A stretch of DNA of 64,000 bases, from assembly GCA_963729995.1 (NCBI GenBank), contig CAVSPF010000005.1:24344-88343 (forward strand). The letters run 5' to 3'. A model generated the notes under the pieces. It saw nothing but the letters and a program-made list of their open reading frames with translations, was not told where the DNA came from and ran no database searches. Source of the DNA: an uncultured Solirubrobacterales bacterium. Its GTDB lineage: Bacteria > Actinomycetota > Thermoleophilia > Solirubrobacterales > 70-9. Position 1 is the stretch's first letter, and every line of letters starts with the position of its first letter. The translations under genes and the position numbers were made by a program. Below, in pieces: positions 28,146-38,288 of the stretch.

Positions 28146-30698
28146 CCCATTCTCGGCGGCTTCCGCCGCGTCCTGCTGGGCGTCCTGCTCACGCTCCTCG
28201 ATCGCCTCGGCGACAGCGCCGTCCTCTTCCCCCGCAGCGCCGTTCTCCTCGGCATGCGCGGCTGCGGCCGCCGCGGCCCCGTCCTTGCCATCCTCGTCCT
28301 GCTTGGACCGTTTGCGCTTGCGCCGTCGCTTGCCGCCTTTCGGGAAGTTCCGCAGCAGCTCCCGGGCGGTCGCCGAGGGCTTGCGGGCCATCCGCATCCG
28401 CGCCCCCCGCAGCACCTCTTCGCCTTCGGGGGTGTGGGACACCACCGCGGCCAGCAGTGCCACCGCCAGCCGCCGGTCCTGTTTGCGCGCCGCGTGGACC
28501 AGCCGCCGCGCGTTGCGCCCGTGCGCCCGCCCCGAGGAGTTGACGAGCAGGCCCAGCAGCCGCTTTGTCTCCGGCCAGCGCTGCACCGCGTACTCTTCGT
28601 GCAGCTCACGGGTGTAGGAGGCGAGCCGCCAGACCCACGCCTGCGCCTGGTCCCGGCGGCCAATCCGTTTGTCGACCAGCGCCTGCAGCAGCGTTTTCGT
28701 CCCGGCCCGCTTGTCGTCGCGGCTCCAGCTCCCGACGATTTCGATCGCGTCGTCGAAGGCGTCGGGGTCGTGCAGCTCGGTGACCTCCGCCAGCGCTTTC
28801 AGCCGCAGCTGCGAGTTGCGGTTGCGCTGCACGCAGGTCAGCAGGAAACGGCGGCGCAGCTCCTTGGTTTGGTCGTTCTGGAGCATCGCCCGCGCTCGCC
28901 GCCAGTTCTGTGGGTTGACCCGCGCGCCGGCGAGCGCCGCCCAGGCATGCTGCTCCGGGTAGTCGAGGTTCTCGACTGCGATCCGCCACATCTCCCGTTC
29001 GAGCACCTGCATGCGGCGTTCCTCGTTGTCGGAGACCGGCACAACCCGGCGCTCGACCCGCACCCGGCGGCCGCGGCCGCGCCGAACCGGGCCGACCACG
29101 ATTGCCCCGCCGCGGTAGACGTCGCGGTCGAGCAGGCTGTGCAGGGTGACGATCGTCTCGTCGTGAGTGGTCGCCGGATGGACGAAATCGATCACGAGGC
29201 CCGCCTCCTTGCCCGGTGCGCGGCGCGTGACCCGTCCGACCCGTTGCTGGTACACCCGTCGCGAGGCGGTCGGCGCCAGGTGCATGCAGATCGTCGCCCG
29301 TGGCGAGTTCCAGCCCTCGGCCAGCAGCATCGCGTTGCAGAGCACGTCGACCTCGCCGCGCTCGAAGGCGGCGAGGATCTCGGCCAGTTGCCGCTTCGGC
29401 GTCTCGCCGGAGACCGCGCGAGCGACGATTCCCGCGTTCTGCAGCGCTTTGGCGACGTTCTTTGCGTGCTGGACACCAGCCGTGTAGATGACCCCTGGAA
29501 CTTTGCTGAAGCGGGTCTTGTAGAGGTCGGCAATCGCCACGTTGAACGGCTCCTGGTCGAGGAGTGCGGCCAGCTCCTCCTGGTCGAAGTCCTGGTCGAC
29601 CTCGCCTTTGCGGAGCGGCACCTTGGCGATCGTCCGCACCCCCGGCCCAGGCGGGATGCGCATGCAGCGAAGGGGTGAGATCACGCCGCGCCGCGCGGCT
29701 TGAGCGAGGTCGAAGCGCGAGGTCTGGGTCGGGAAGAGGTCGGCGACGTGGCGCGCTATCAGCGCCCCGGTTGCGGTCATCCCGATGAATACGGGGCCGC
29801 TCCAGGCCCGGATGCAGGCGCTGGTTTTCTCGCCCAGCGCCGTGTGGGCCTCGTCGCAGATTACGATCGAATAGGCGTCGGAGATGCGCTTGTAGTTGCG
29901 GACGAACCACTGGTAGGTCTCGACCGTGACCGGCCCGTCGGGATCGTCGCGCCCATCGAGCAGCGGCGGGCGCAACCTCTCCTTGTAGCCACGGTCCGAG
30001 ATCTCTCCGATGAACTGGTCGACCAGGTTGCGACGGTGGGTGAGGATCAGGGTGCCGCCGGTGCGGGATGCGTCGACGAAGCCGACCGCCGCCACGGTCT
30101 TGCCCGCGCCGGTCGCATGCTCGAACCAGAAGCGGCGGGAAGCGCCGGGATCCTCGAGCGCCTCGGGGGGCGCCTCCTTGTCGTCCTCGCCCGGCTCCTC
30201 CTCCCAGTCCTGGGGCTCCTCGTCGGGCGCCAGCTCGGCGTCCTCGTCGGCGTCCTCGCCCTCGCCCTCGTCCGGCGCCACCGCCACCGCCTCCTCGTCC
30301 ACCGAGCCCCGGCCGTCGACGGAGGGAGGTTCGATGCCGTTTTCGGCGGCGGTCTGCTGCTCCGAGATCAGCTCGGTAAGCGTGCCCGAGAGAGCGTCGA
30401 CCTGGTGCGGGTTGAGCTCGGCTCCGTCGCGCAGCTTCGGCGGCTCGTCGGCAAGCAGCCGCTCCAGCCCGAGGAGCAGCGAGAAGTCGCGCCGCCACTG
30501 GATCGACGGATGCTCGGCCCCACCGTCGAGCTCCTTCAGCGCCGCGTCGAGAGCTCGCCTGCGAGCCGTCCCCGGCGCCAGCGCCTTGGGCTTCTCGCCG
30601 TCGAGCAGGAGCGGCTCGCGCGCAAACGTGGCCGCGCGCTCGATATCGGCGCTAGAGGGAACTGCCACCGGCGTGGCAACTTCGCTGGTCTTGGCCAT
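28077..30698 (-). CDS. SF2 DEAD/DEAH-box (ResIII-type) helicase with long N- and C-terminal extensions
   Basis: Motif I ATGAGKT, motif II ICDEAH, motif III GMTAT and motif VI QRVGRVTRR. Acidic low-complexity tracts. The C-terminal acidic tail overlaps the birA 3' end. Confidence 0.8.
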   Translation of the reverse strand: MAKTSEVATPVAVPSSADIERAATFAREPLLLDGEKPKALAPGTARRRALDAALKELDGGAEHPSIQWRRDFSLLLGLERLLADEPPKLRDGAELNPHQVDALSGTLTELISEQQTAAENGIEPPSVDGRGSVDEEAVAVAPDEGEGEDADEDAELAPDEEPQDWEEEPGEDDKEAPPEALEDPGASRRFWFEHATGAGKTVAAVGFVDASRTGGTLILTHRRNLVDQFIGEISDRGYKERLRPPLLDGRDDPDGPVTVETYQWFVRNYKRISDAYSIVICDEAHTALGEKTSACIRAWSGPVFIGMTATGALIARHVADLFPTQTSRFDLAQAARRGVISPLRCMRIPPGPGVRTIAKVPLRKGEVDQDFDQEELAALLDQEPFNVAIADLYKTRFSKVPGVIYTAGVQHAKNVAKALQNAGIVARAVSGETPKRQLAEILAAFERGEVDVLCNAMLLAEGWNSPRATICMHLAPTASRRVYQQRVGRVTRRAPGKEAGLVIDFVHPATTHDETIVTLHSLLDRDVYRGGAIVVGPVRRGRGRRVRVERRVVPVSDNEERRMQVLEREMWRIAVENLDYPEQHAWAALAGARVNPQNWRRARAMLQNDQTKELRRRFLLTCVQRNRNSQLRLKALAEVTELHDPDAFDDAIEIVGSWSRDDKRAGTKTLLQALVDKRIGRRDQAQAWVWRLASYTRELHEEYAVQRWPETKRLLGLLVNSSGRAHGRNARRLVHAARKQDRRLAVALLAAVVSHTPEGEEVLRGARMRMARKPSATARELLRNFPKGGKRRRKRKRSKQDEDGKDGAAAAAAAHAEENGAAGEEDGAVAEAIEEREQDAQQDAAEAAENGSGAEVDLSGAEDELLAAGAEDE

Positions 30699-30849
30699 GA
30701 AGGCTTATGGGTCTCGTTCCCCGCAGCGACGCGAAACGTGCGGCAGGGAAAACTTGGACGAGGATGCCGGGAATTCGCTTTCTCCTCTCCCGGCGATCTC
30801 AAACGGCCCGCATACGAGCGAACCGAACGGACGTATTGTAATCATCGAG

Positions 30850-31434
30850 ATGACGCTGCTGCGGCGACGCCTCGCGATTGCCTCGGCCCTGGCAGCGGGG
30901 CTGGCGCTTGCGGTGGCCGGCTGCGGCTCCTCGGTGGGCGGCGACTACGGCGGAAAGCATCCCGATTACGCGAAGGCGCTGGCGGGGTCGCCGCGTCCTC
31001 TTGCCGCCCTCCACGCCCAGTCGGACCGGCTGCTGCCCGGTGGCACAGGCGCATATGGGAAACGGCTCGCGGCGCTCAGAGGCTACCCGGTGGTTGTCAA
31101 CGTCTGGGCCTCCTGGTGCGGCCCCTGCCGCTTCGAGTTCCCCGTCTTCCAGCGGCTCGCCGCCCGCTACGGCACGCGGGTCGCCTTCCTCGGCGTCAAC
31201 AGCCAGGACTCCAATGACGCGGCCCGCACCTTCCTGGGCGAGGAGCCGGTTCCCTATCCCAGCTACGCCGACCCCCACCGGCAGGTCGCGGAAGGCATCG
31301 GCGCCGGCCTCGGCCTGCCCGACACCGCCTTCTACGACCGCCACGGCAAGCTGGTCTACCTGAAGCGGGGCCCCTACGCGAATTCCGCTTCGCTGCTGGC
31401 CGATGTCCAGCGCTACGCGCTGAAGGGCGGATAA
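30850..31434 (+). CDS. TlpA/ResA-like thiol:disulfide oxidoreductase lipoprotein
   Basis: Lipobox LAVAGC and the thioredoxin motif WASWCGPC. The upstream part of track ORF 30010.. is antisense to the helicase. Confidence 0.8.
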   Translation: MTLLRRRLAIASALAAGLALAVAGCGSSVGGDYGGKHPDYAKALAGSPRPLAALHAQSDRLLPGGTGAYGKRLAALRGYPVVVNVWASWCGPCRFEFPVFQRLAARYGTRVAFLGVNSQDSNDAARTFLGEEPVPYPSYADPHRQVAEGIGAGLGLPDTAFYDRHGKLVYLKRGPYANSASLLADVQRYALKGG

Positions 31435-31441
31435 TCGGCTC

Positions 31442-31921
31442 ATGGACACCTTCGTCGTCCTCGCCCTGATCGGCATCGCGCTGCTGCTGGCCGAGCTGCT
31501 GCTCTCGACCGGTGGCGTGCTCGCCGTGCTCGGGGCGGCCGGCCTGATCGCCGGCGGCGTCCTCGCCCTCGGCGCCGAAGGCGGCGCCCCCGACTGGGTC
31601 GGCCCCGCCCTGATCACCTTCGGCGTGCTCTCCGGCGCCAGCTTCCTCTTCATCACCCGCAAGGTGATCGCCGCCCACCGCGAGGAGCCCGTCCGCACCG
31701 GCTACGAGGAGCTGACCGGGGCGCTCGCCGAGGCGCGCACCTCGCTTGATCCGGAGGGGCAGGTGTGGATCGAGGGAGCGCTGTGGCGGGCGCGTCTGGC
31801 GGGCGACGGGGCGCCGCTGCGCCCGGGGGATAGAGTCAGGGTCGAGGCGGTCGACGGGCTCACCCTGGTGGTCCGGCCCGAGCCGCCATCCGACGCCCAG
31901 GCTGAGGAAGGAGCAGGCTGA
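31442..31921 (+). CDS. NfeD-family membrane protein
   Basis: N-terminal TM helices plus a C-terminal OB-like domain ([13 protein letters not shown]). Immediately upstream of the SPFH gene. Confidence 0.75.
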   Translation: MDTFVVLALIGIALLLAELLLSTGGVLAVLGAAGLIAGGVLALGAEGGAPDWVGPALITFGVLSGASFLFITRKVIAAHREEPVRTGYEELTGALAEARTSLDPEGQVWIEGALWRARLAGDGAPLRPGDRVRVEAVDGLTLVVRPEPPSDAQAEEGAG

Positions 31922-32751
31922 TGGCAGCAGCGATCGTGGTGCTGGTAGTCCTGGCGATCTTCGCGGTGATCGCCCTCGGGTCCTCCGTGCGGATCCTGCG
32001 CGAGTACGAACGGGCGGTCGTCTTCCGGCTGGGGCGGCTGATCGACCAGAAGGGGCCGGGCCTGATCCTGCTGATCCCGCTGGTCGACCGCATGGTGCGG
32101 GTCGACCTGCGCACGGTGACGCTCAACATCCCGCCGCAGGAGGTGATCACCCGCGACAACGTGCCCGCGGGCGTCAACGCGGTCGCCTACTTCCGCGTGG
32201 TCGACGCCATCCGGGCGGTGGTCGAGGTCGAAAACTTCCTGCTCGCCACCTCGCAGATCTCGCAGACGGCGCTGCGCTCGGTGCTGGGCAAGGCGGAGTT
32301 CGACCAGCTCCTCTCCGAGCGCGAGCGGCTCAACGAAGAGCTGCAGAAGATCATCGACGAGTCGACCGAGCCGTGGGGCGTCAAGGTGACCGCGGTCGAG
32401 ATCAAGGACGTAGAAATCCCCGAGCAGATGCAGCGCGCGATCGCCCGTCAGGCGGAGGCCGAGCGCGAGCGGCGCGCCAAGATCATCAACTCCGAGGGCG
32501 AGTACCAGGCGGCGCAGAAGCTCACCGACGCCGCCGACATCATCAGCACCAACCCGGCCTCGCTCCAGCTCCGCTACCTGCAGACGCTGCTGGAAATCGG
32601 CAGCAACCAGAACACGACCGTCGTCTTCCCACTGCCGCTGGACATGATCGAACCCTTCTTGGGCGGCAGCGGTCCGAATCCAAGACCGCCCAAACCGCCC
32701 AAATCGCCGCCCAAGCCCCCCGCCGAAGACCTTCCCCCCTCACAGTCCTGA
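31921..32751 (+). CDS. SPFH/Band-7 (stomatin-like) protein
   Basis: [32 protein letters not shown] and coiled [11 protein letters not shown]. Pro-rich tail. Confidence 0.9.
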   Translation: MAAAIVVLVVLAIFAVIALGSSVRILREYERAVVFRLGRLIDQKGPGLILLIPLVDRMVRVDLRTVTLNIPPQEVITRDNVPAGVNAVAYFRVVDAIRAVVEVENFLLATSQISQTALRSVLGKAEFDQLLSERERLNEELQKIIDESTEPWGVKVTAVEIKDVEIPEQMQRAIARQAEAERERRAKIINSEGEYQAAQKLTDAADIISTNPASLQLRYLQTLLEIGSNQNTTVVFPLPLDMIEPFLGGSGPNPRPPKPPKSPPKPPAEDLPPSQS

Positions 32752-33800
32752 GCTCGCCCGAGATCCGCATCGACCAGCTGACCGGGCTGCGGACGATCCT
32801 CGCGCCCGGCCGGTCCGAGCGCCCGGAGGGCTTCCGGCCGGCGGCGAGCGAACCGAGAGACGCGGGGGAGTGCCCGCTCTGCGAGGGCCGCGAGGACCGC
32901 ACCCCGCCCGAGGTCTACGCGGTACGGCCGGCGGGCGGTGCGCCCAACACCCCGGGCTGGACAAGCCGCGTGGTGCCGAACCTCTACCCGGCGCTGGCGG
33001 CAGAGGGCGACGAGCTCGACGGGCCGCCCGAAGACGAGGCCGGCGCGTTCGCCAGCGCCGGCGATCCACTGCTGGAGTCGCGGCGGGCGGGCGATCCCGA
33101 TCTCTTCGGCTTGCGCCCCGCGGTCGGAGGACACGAGGTGATCGTCAACGCCCCCGAGCACGTCACCGCGATGGCGGAGCTGAGCGAGGAGCGCTTCGCC
33201 GGGGCGATCGCGACATGGCGCGAGCGGATGCGTGCTCACTCCGATGCCTCCTACGTCCAGATGGTCGTCAACGAGGGCCCGAGTGCCGGCGCCTCGCTCC
33301 CCCACACGCACGGACAGCTGTACGCGCTTCCCTTCGTTCCCGCGGCGGTGGCGCGCGAGCGGGAACGGTTTGGCGCCTACCGCGAACGCACCGGCGGCGG
33401 CAGCCTGCTCAGCGACATCCTGGTCGAGGAGGTGCGCCGCCGTGAGCGCCTCGTCGCAATCGACGACGAGGCGGCGCTGGTCTGCCCCTGGGCTTCGCGC
33501 TCGCCCTACGAGCTGCGCGTCCTGCCACGCCGTGAGGCCGCACGCTTCGAGGAGGATGTGGCAGGCGCCGCGATGGTCCGCACCGCGCTGGGCGCCCTGG
33601 CCGAGCGCTTCGGCGCCCCGCCCGACCTCAATCTCTGGGTCCGCACCGCGCCTCACGGCACCGAGCACTTCCACTGGCACATCGACATCGCCCCCCGCCT
33701 CACCGTCAGAGCCGCCTTCGAGCTGGGCACCGGCGTCGACATCAACGTCTACCCGCCGGAGCGTGCCGCGGCGGACCTCCGCGAAGCCCTCGGCGCCTGA
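32748..33800 (+). CDS. galT: Galactose-1-phosphate uridylyltransferase
   Basis: CPLCEGRE zinc motif and [11 protein letters not shown] (HxHxQ active site). No ATG or GTG near the conserved N-terminus, so the start is uncertain (CTG at 32748 or a nearby codon). Confidence 0.8.
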   Translation: MSSPEIRIDQLTGLRTILAPGRSERPEGFRPAASEPRDAGECPLCEGREDRTPPEVYAVRPAGGAPNTPGWTSRVVPNLYPALAAEGDELDGPPEDEAGAFASAGDPLLESRRAGDPDLFGLRPAVGGHEVIVNAPEHVTAMAELSEERFAGAIATWRERMRAHSDASYVQMVVNEGPSAGASLPHTHGQLYALPFVPAAVARERERFGAYRERTGGGSLLSDILVEEVRRRERLVAIDDEAALVCPWASRSPYELRVLPRREAARFEEDVAGAAMVRTALGALAERFGAPPDLNLWVRTAPHGTEHFHWHIDIAPRLTVRAAFELGTGVDINVYPPERAAADLREALGA

Positions 33801-33884
33801 GGTCGCGCGCCACCCCGAGCTGCAACGCCTTTGCCCCCTGCTGGGGGGCAAACTCGATGCAGCTCACCGCAGTAGGGTGCGCTG

Positions 33885-34511
33885 ATGCCGCCGAACCCGC
33901 GCCCCATCCCCCGTTTCATCGCCGACTCGACGCAGGAGGGGATACCGCACGGGCGCTTCGCCGAGCGACTGAGCGACGAGTTCCGAGGGGCATGCGAGGG
34001 GATCGACGACCTCCCCGACGGAGTGGAGCTCCCAGCCGAGGTCGACTGGTTCCCAGAGCGCGCCTGGGCTGGCCGGGTCTGGGTTCCATGCACCGCGCGT
34101 GCCGCGGGGGCCGCCGGGGCGCTGGAGCTCTTCGGCCATGTTTCCTACGTCCAGCCGGTGGACGGCGAGCCGGCCGATTTCCGCGCCATGGCCGATTTCA
34201 CCGACGTGCTCGCCGAGGACAACCCCGACTGGCGGATCGACCTCAACGACGACGTGATCGGCCGCTGGCGTGGGGAGGACGGGCGCGCCGGAGACGTCAC
34301 GCTCGTCTGGGGCCGGCCCCTCGTGCGCGGCGCCGTCGCCGCCACCGCCGAGCTGGAGACGGAGACCGTCGACCAGGAGGCGGTCTCCAACGAGCGCTTC
34401 ACCCTGATCGCCCTCGACGCCCTGAAGGGATACGGCGACGACATCTTCATGGAGGTCAAGCTGTGGAGCCATCGCGCCCAAGAGCTGGCCTCCGAGAGCC
34501 TCTACGCTTAG
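33885..34511 (+). CDS. Hypothetical acidic protein
   Basis: 208-aa ORF with coding-like composition and no recognisable motif. Last chromosomal gene before the split tRNA. Confidence 0.5.
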   Translation: MPPNPRPIPRFIADSTQEGIPHGRFAERLSDEFRGACEGIDDLPDGVELPAEVDWFPERAWAGRVWVPCTARAAGAAGALELFGHVSYVQPVDGEPADFRAMADFTDVLAEDNPDWRIDLNDDVIGRWRGEDGRAGDVTLVWGRPLVRGAVAATAELETETVDQEAVSNERFTLIALDALKGYGDDIFMEVKLWSHRAQELASESLYA

Positions 34512-34553
34512 CCGCACCGCCCCGGCGGCGGTCGACATTGCGGCGCTGAGGAG

Positions 34554-34595
34554 TGCCCCGAGCAGGATTCGAACCTGCGGCCTACTCCTTAGGAG
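34554..34595 (-). pseudogene. 3' half of the resident tRNA-Arg(CCT), from anticodon loop to the discriminator base
   Basis: The reverse complement reads CTCCTAAGGAGTAGGCCGCAGGTTCGAATCCTGCTCGGGGCA. It joins the 5' half at 45106..45147 into a perfect 74-nt cloverleaf. Confidence 0.9.
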
Positions 34596-35235
34596 CGTCA
34601 GTTTGTCAAGTCCTGAACTGGCTTGAAATCCCGAAAGTGGCTTGCCAATGCGGTTTCGAAGAAAGACGCCAACGGCCGCCAGGGCGTCAGAGGGCAGATT
34701 TGTCCCAACCTTTGTTCCAACCCGGAGGCGCGATAATCGAGGCCATTGCCCCGGTAGCTCAGCTGGAAAGAGCGGCCGCCTCCTAAGCGGCAGGTCGCCG
34801 GTTCGAATCCGGCCCGGGGCACTCTTGTATCCATCGCTTTGTAGAACTCGGTCCAATTCCGATCGGGCCCAAAGACGGTGGCTCGGCTCCACCCGCGCCT
34901 CAGACGTAGGTCGAGGCGCAGGTGCTGTTTCGAGTGACTTGACACTTCTCTAAACACCCGACTTAGCACGGATATCCGCACAATCTCTTGGGGCGCCATC
35001 GGGCCGCTGGTTGCGGTCAGCTGCCCAGTTGTGGACTTGGCCACGAGCTGAGGCTCTGGCCAACAGGAGGAAGGTTTTGTCTCTTGTGGAAACCACGCCG
35101 TTTCCCTACAGTTACGGATTCCCGCAGGGGTTGCAGGGACGCAAAGGCCCTACTGGGCCTAGGGAAAGCAACAGGGATAGAAGGACCTCTCAACACAGAG
35201 AGAAGGGATCTGTGCGCAATTCCGCAAGGGATTGG
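34586..35235 (+). repeat. Left copy of the 650-bp perfect inverted repeat (core + arm with tRNA-Arg)
   Basis: It is the reverse complement of 42556..43205. Every block I compared is identical, and the ORF translations spanning the repeat are identical. Confidence 0.9.
34748..34821 (+). tRNA. tRNA-Arg(CCT), element-borne copy 1
   Basis: GCCCCGG TA GCTC AGCTGGAAA GAGC G GCCGC CTCCTAA GCGGC AGGTC GCCGG TTCGAAT CCGGC CCGGGGC A. All four stems pair perfectly. No encoded CCA. Confidence 0.92.
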
Positions 35236-35536
35236 ATCCCAGGCCGGCTAAAGCGAGTAGCCAAGGGTCACGCAAAGAGAGCAACGCGCTCTCGCCGACC
35301 CGAGATCCTTGAAAACCGAATCTTTGCGGCACCTGGCCTCCCCGCCCGCGGGGGCCTTGCTCCTTCCTGCCTGCATCTCGATGCCCGTCGGTTGGCTTTC
35401 GGGCCACAAACAGATGGCACCGGCAGCGAGCCCTGCAAGCCCTTGCGGGGCTCCTTGCGGCCCCTCCCTTCGGGTCGGGGTTCCGGGCTCACTGTCCGGC
35501 GCCCTCACAAGCCAACCGACCCGACCTCCCTACAGC

Positions 35537-35690
35537 TCGACAGGTTGGAACAAAAGGGAGTTGGAACGGATTGCCTATGAAGGTGAGAGAGACAGGCACC
35601 GATCACCACGGCAATGAGCTTCCCGATGGCATCTCCGCCACCACCCGCAAGGCCGACGGCGTCATCGTTGGGTCGTCGCCTGCCACCTGC
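35537..35690 (+). pseudogene. Decayed 5' fragment of a second integrase gene
   Basis: Homologous to the reverse complement of the int 5' region (about 44860..45006). Nearly identical over 35583..35670. A 10-nt length difference and a stop (..LEQKGVGTDCL*) break the frame. Confidence 0.75.
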
Positions 35691-35832
35691 GCAAGAGCCT
35701 TGTCCCCACTGCTTCTGCCTGACGGCCGGCCCGCCGTGGTTGGGTGGTGAGGGACCAGAAAAAGAAGCATCCAGGTCGGCAGCTCTGCTGCCGACTGCCG
35801 CCATTATCGGGGGGGTGTGGACGCCGGCGACG

Positions 35833-35891
35833 CCGGGGTCAAGGCCCTTCGGCCCCTGCGGGGCGGCCCTTCGGGCCGGCCTTGACCCCGG
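35833..35891. other. Compound GC-rich hairpin (14-bp outer stem enclosing two small hairpins)
   Basis: CCGGGGTCAAGGCC ... GGCCTTGACCCCGG with internal GCCCC-TGC-GGGGC and GGCCC-TTC-GGGCC. Confidence 0.6.
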
Positions 35892-36018
35892 CTTGTCGGC
35901 GACCGGGCTATAGATAGGTGGCTCAAGGGTTCGTTCTTGTCGACGCCCACCCGCTATCGAGTCCGCCTTGGGCCACCCCGCAATCTGTTTGCGCGAAGCG
36001 CTGGGGCTAGACAAGGGC

Positions 36019-37023
36019 CTACACAGGGTGTCCCTGGTTAGCACTGCGAAGTCCTGGGCGAGCAGACAAAAAGCGCCGGTAGCGCTCCTTCTGCCAAGGG
36101 CTTGGGTCGGCGTCCACCGCCGCGCGCACCTTGACCGGCAACCCCTCGTCGGTCCGCATCGCCAGCGGCGCCAGAAGGCGCCACGCCGCGAGCGCAGCTT
36201 CCTCACCGCGGTGGGCGAGGGAGTAGAGGACGTGGGCGGCGTAGTCGGCGAGCTGTAGGCCGGCGTCCTCATCTGATCGGGGTGTGCGGAGGCCACCGGA
36301 CAAGATTCGATCAGTCGCGACCCGTTTCTCTTCACCGATCCCGTTTCGCCGGTAGAAAGGGTGATCTGCGGGCCACTCTCCCGGAACGACGAGTTCGGTG
36401 CGGGTGTCGGCGGCGAAAATCGGCCCCACGACGTCGCGTAGGGCTTCGCCGGCCTTGCCGGGGTTCGCGCCCTCCCGCGGATCGACAGCGATGTCGAAGC
36501 TCCAGCTCTCCGCGGGTGGAAGCAGCGTCGTGTAGCCGATTGCGCCTGCCGAGAGCGCCCGGGCCAGAAGCCAGGGCATCAGGACCGCGTACTGAAAGAA
36601 GTCGGGTGCTGAAATGTGACGTTGGTTGTGAAAGCGGGTGCGCAGCCGCGCGATCGCCGCGCTTTTGCTCGGGTCGCCGGCCGCTGTCTTTGAAGCCGCG
36701 GCGGACCGCTCGAACTCGGCGACCTGGGCGGCGCGATGCGCACGCTGCGCCTTGGGGCCGAAGATCTCCGAGTCGCTGATGATGCCAACGAGGCGTAGGT
36801 CCGCGTCGACGAAGAACCCCGCGACCTCGAGCAACTGCCCCTCGTCCATTTCGCCTGCCTTGAGCTCACGGGGCATCTCCCAGTCGTGCCTTTTTTCGGC
36901 GACGAATTCCTCGACGGCGGCGACCTTGGAGTCCGGATAGACGACTGCCGCCACTACGCAGAGTGCGAGCGGAGAGGCGCTCTTGAAGCTGAACTGACCG
37001 GCCTCATCAATGCGGATCTTCAC
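36019..37023 (-). CDS. DUF3800-family protein
   Basis: N-terminal KIRIDEAGQ (the DUF3800 I-D-E-S/A-G motif) and C-terminal GLQLADYAAHVLY motif. GTG start. Confidence 0.65.
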   Translation of the reverse strand: MKIRIDEAGQFSFKSASPLALCVVAAVVYPDSKVAAVEEFVAEKRHDWEMPRELKAGEMDEGQLLEVAGFFVDADLRLVGIISDSEIFGPKAQRAHRAAQVAEFERSAAASKTAAGDPSKSAAIARLRTRFHNQRHISAPDFFQYAVLMPWLLARALSAGAIGYTTLLPPAESWSFDIAVDPREGANPGKAGEALRDVVGPIFAADTRTELVVPGEWPADHPFYRRNGIGEEKRVATDRILSGGLRTPRSDEDAGLQLADYAAHVLYSLAHRGEEAALAAWRLLAPLAMRTDEGLPVKVRAAVDADPSPWQKERYRRFLSARPGLRSANQGHPV

Positions 37024-37096
37024 CAGCCGATGATTACAGCGGACCCTCTGCTGGTGGCACCCGTCGGGCGTCCGTTCATCGTGCCATCTTCAGGAC

Positions 37097-38272
37097 ATGA
37101 GCAACGATCTCTTCGGTCTTGAGCGCTCCGGCTTCGCGGCCCAAGTGATGGAGTTGGCGAGGGCCGAGCGACCCTCGCGGCGCGAGGGCGAGCGACTCTT
37201 CGGTGAGCTGTTGGGCCGGATTGAGACGGCGCCGCCCGATCGCTTCGGCGAACTCTTCGCGTCCCCGGCCGTGCTGCGCTACCTGACCGAACACCTCATT
37301 AACGGTTATCTGCGCTTCCCGCTCGACGTCGGTTGGGCTCCGAAGAGCGCGCGCAGCTTCATCCGCGTGCGCGCGCTCAGCGCGCTCGGGCGCTACCCGA
37401 ACGCCAACGTCACCTGCCATCGCGGCGCCTACCGTATTCACCGCGGACGGCCTTACTTGGTCAGCGAGATCTCGCCCCGCGAGGAGGTGAAGTGGAGCTA
37501 TGGCTCAGAGCTCGCCGACTGGTCGCGCCAGGAGGTGCGAATGGCTACGGCGATCTCCTGCGCGGAGTCGGGCGGCTTCAACGCCTATATCAGCTCGAGC
37601 GCTTTCGACCTCCCCGACGAGGTTCTCGCCTGTGCCGAGCGTCGCACAGATCGCGTCGACTTCGCCCTGGAGTGCGCCGTGTTGGTCAGCGAAGCCTGGA
37701 ATCGATCCGCCATCAGTCGCGGTTACTCGACCCAGACCGCAGCCCCTGTCTTCGAGTTCGCCGACTACCGCGACCACATCGCCGGGGCACGGCGGCTCTT
37801 TGCCGGCTTTCGGGTCTCCAGCCCCCTGCTCCTGCGAACCGCTGGCCACTACCTGAAGGCGTCGATGCTGTGGGCGACTGACGGCTTCCGCGAAGACGCC
37901 CTCGCCAACCTGCTCTTCGCCCTCGAAGGGTGCATGCTGCTCTTTCAAGAGGGCAACGGCGCCCAGACTGAGCGGCTCGACCGTCCCCTGCTCACCGAGA
38001 TCTTCCGGCGCACCTACTTGCATGGAGAGAGCACCATGCACTTCGTCGAAGAGGGCCTCGGCTGGGGAGCGCGCCGCGCGCAGATCATCCATCCCCAACT
38101 CGCAACCGAGAACGGCTGGAAGCCGCTGATCTTCGGCGAGGATTACTACCTCTTCGACAAGATGGTGCGTGCCCTGCTCACCTACCTGATCAGCGGGCGC
38201 AGCTTCGAGGACTACGAGTTGGCCGAAGGATCGTCGCGGTTCGAAGCGGGGTGTTCACCGCCAGACCATTGA
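37097..38272 (+). CDS. Hypothetical protein with an alpha-helical C-terminal region carrying an Rx4H (HEPN-like) motif
   Basis: 391 aa. GWGARRAQIIHPQL fits Rx4-6H. No other motif recognised. Convergent with the four-gene operon. Confidence 0.5.
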   Translation: MSNDLFGLERSGFAAQVMELARAERPSRREGERLFGELLGRIETAPPDRFGELFASPAVLRYLTEHLINGYLRFPLDVGWAPKSARSFIRVRALSALGRYPNANVTCHRGAYRIHRGRPYLVSEISPREEVKWSYGSELADWSRQEVRMATAISCAESGGFNAYISSSAFDLPDEVLACAERRTDRVDFALECAVLVSEAWNRSAISRGYSTQTAAPVFEFADYRDHIAGARRLFAGFRVSSPLLLRTAGHYLKASMLWATDGFREDALANLLFALEGCMLLFQEGNGAQTERLDRPLLTEIFRRTYLHGESTMHFVEEGLGWGARRAQIIHPQLATENGWKPLIFGEDYYLFDKMVRALLTYLISGRSFEDYELAEGSSRFEAGCSPPDH

Positions 38273-38288
38273 CCCGGTAGGCCGACCG

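Noticed and set aside
28254-30498. 474-aa + strand and 630-aa minus-strand ORFs within the helicase locus
   Set aside because: They are alternative or antisense frames of the helicase gene, which carries all the SF2 motifs. Neither has motifs of its own.
34940-34968. TTGACA hexamer in the repeat arm as a possible promoter
   Set aside because: No acceptable -10 element lies at 16-19 nt (CTTAGC / TTAGCA), so I did not call it.
34598-35044. Identical 148-aa ORFs (34598..35044 minus strand and 42747..43193 plus strand), plus 103/105-aa ORFs in the inverted repeats
   Set aside because: They read straight through the tRNA-Arg gene in antisense. Their identity only reflects the repeat. They have a GTG start, no RBS and an implausible composition.
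35505-36335. 276-aa minus-strand ORF and other ORFs across 35236..36018
   Set aside because: They cover the decayed integrase fragment and the hairpin-rich DNA, and they overlap the 3' end of the DUF3800 gene off-frame. There are no motifs. I interpret the region as non-coding or pseudogenic.
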